Program-made: the position numbers and the translations under genes
Assembly: GCA_964035545.1 (NCBI GenBank)
Contig: OZ037768.1
Location: 18,955,700-19,019,699 of the forward strand
Origin: Bugula neritina
Taxonomy: Eukaryota > Animalia > Bryozoa
DNA: 64,000 bases
Reading direction: 5' to 3'
The notes under the pieces: generated by a model
Told to the model about the DNA's origin: nothing
The model's database searches: none
Seen by the model: the letters and a program-made list of their open reading frames with translations, nothing else
Shown here: in pieces, positions 62,809-64,000 of the stretch
How positions within the stretch are numbered: the stretch's first letter is position 1
How the letters are laid out: the number at the start of each line of letters is the position of its first letter

Positions 62809-63140
62809 TTACTTGGAGGCGGTGTATTTATTTACAGCCTTTGTGTCCTCAGACACGGCATGTTTAGCTAACTCTCCTGGCAGAATCAGTCTCACAGCAG
62901 ACTGTACCTCGCGACTGGTTATGGTGGATCGCTTGTTGTAGTGCGATAATCGTGACGCTTCATCAGCAATCTTTTCGAAGATATCATTGAAGTGTCCGGG
63001 TGCACTAGCTTCAACACCTTGTAAATATATGTGCTGTAACTTTCTTTTCTTTTCCGCTTGTTTTTCTTGTCTCCAGACGTTGGAGCTGCTTTAGCCTTTC
63101 CTGCTCTCTTGGCGCTTTTGAAGATAACTTTAGGAGGCAT
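62809..63140 (-). pseudogene. H2B: Histone H2B pseudogene (internal deletion with frameshift)
   Basis: MPPKV..K.AK.AGKAK...[22 protein letters not shown]; the GISSKAMSIMNSFV segment is missing; resumes out of frame [59 protein letters not shown]. Confidence 0.95.
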
Positions 63141-64000
63141 GCTGTTCAGTTAGTGATGATAATGTTGAATGCTTGTTCTCGATGTAATGACTGCAACAGT
63201 AGTTTGATGCTCAAATGTTATAGTGCTCCATAGTGACATTACAATGTTAGTTAGCAAATAGTTGCTCTGGAAAGGAGAGTCCTATGTAACAAACTTTAAT
63301 TTCAAATCTTGATCTCTGGAAAGTATGGCAACCGAAAGATATTAAAAAGTCATATCAAGTTGGTTCGAAAAGCCTCGGCATGATACCAAACAATGATACC
63401 ACTGCTCATTTGCTAAGTTGAATATAGGAGGCAAAAAGCAATACATTAAAAGTAGGAAAACACCAAAATAATGTTTAAAAAAAACTTAGTCATTCAAGAA
63501 TTGCACTTGAACTAGCAAAGCCTATTTTTTTATGAATAAGTTCGCTGTGCTTCTTATGGCTCTACTAAGGCTTAAAACCACTAATCTAGCAAATGTCTTA
63601 TTTAAGGCCAGAACTATATGTGAGACAAGAGGTAATAACTCCTTGTAGTGAAATTCAATTAAATAAATGTGGACTCATTGACTAATTAAGGTGCTTCAAC
63701 GTTGTAAAAGATAATATAGATCGATATAATATAATATGGTGCATTATTTTATTTGTGAAACACATAATCAGTACATTCTAGATTGTACTCTAGAGCCAGC
63801 CATTCGTATTATTCTATTATGCATAATATAATGCTATTATATTGCTATTTGAGGAAGAAAAATATGTCTGAAATTTGACAATATAACTGTACCATGTACT
63901 TTATTAATAAAGCACAAGCTTTACATTGACCTCTGTGTATATTCTGTATTTTAAGAAGGTTTATCAGCACTGAAGCAATTATAACTGAGTTTAAACAATT

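Noticed and set aside
63535-63612. Remnant of an H4 C-terminus and histone stem-loop (gtcttatttaaggcc)
   Set aside because: Similarity too weak and no upstream histone coding sequence recognisable

Overview
AT-rich animal (probably invertebrate) genomic DNA. It holds two intact spliced host genes lying tail-to-tail: the Sfp-type 4'-phosphopantetheinyl transferase AASDHPPT (+, 5 coding exons, ~305 aa) and a secreted, probably GPI-anchored BBE/VAO-type FAD-linked oxidoreductase (-, 10 coding exons, ~545 aa). The rest is a dense, nested transposon field. It includes a very young gag-only LTR element (identical 474-bp LTRs, tRNA-Ala PBS, 4-bp TSD, no pol, Gag with a hydrophobic C-terminal extension) and a cluster of Penelope-like elements in (TA)n tracts carrying minimal hammerhead ribozymes, one of them a small non-coding unit with two inverted intact hammerheads. 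There are also hAT, Sola1-like and Sola2-like DNA transposons, CR1/L2-group LINEs, Gypsy and BEL/Pao shards, a ~2.3-kb composite tandem repeat overlapping a SAP-SWIM-YqaJ gene relic, and an orphan histone H2B pseudogene. All calls come from reading by eye; family names rest on remembered motifs, not database searches.
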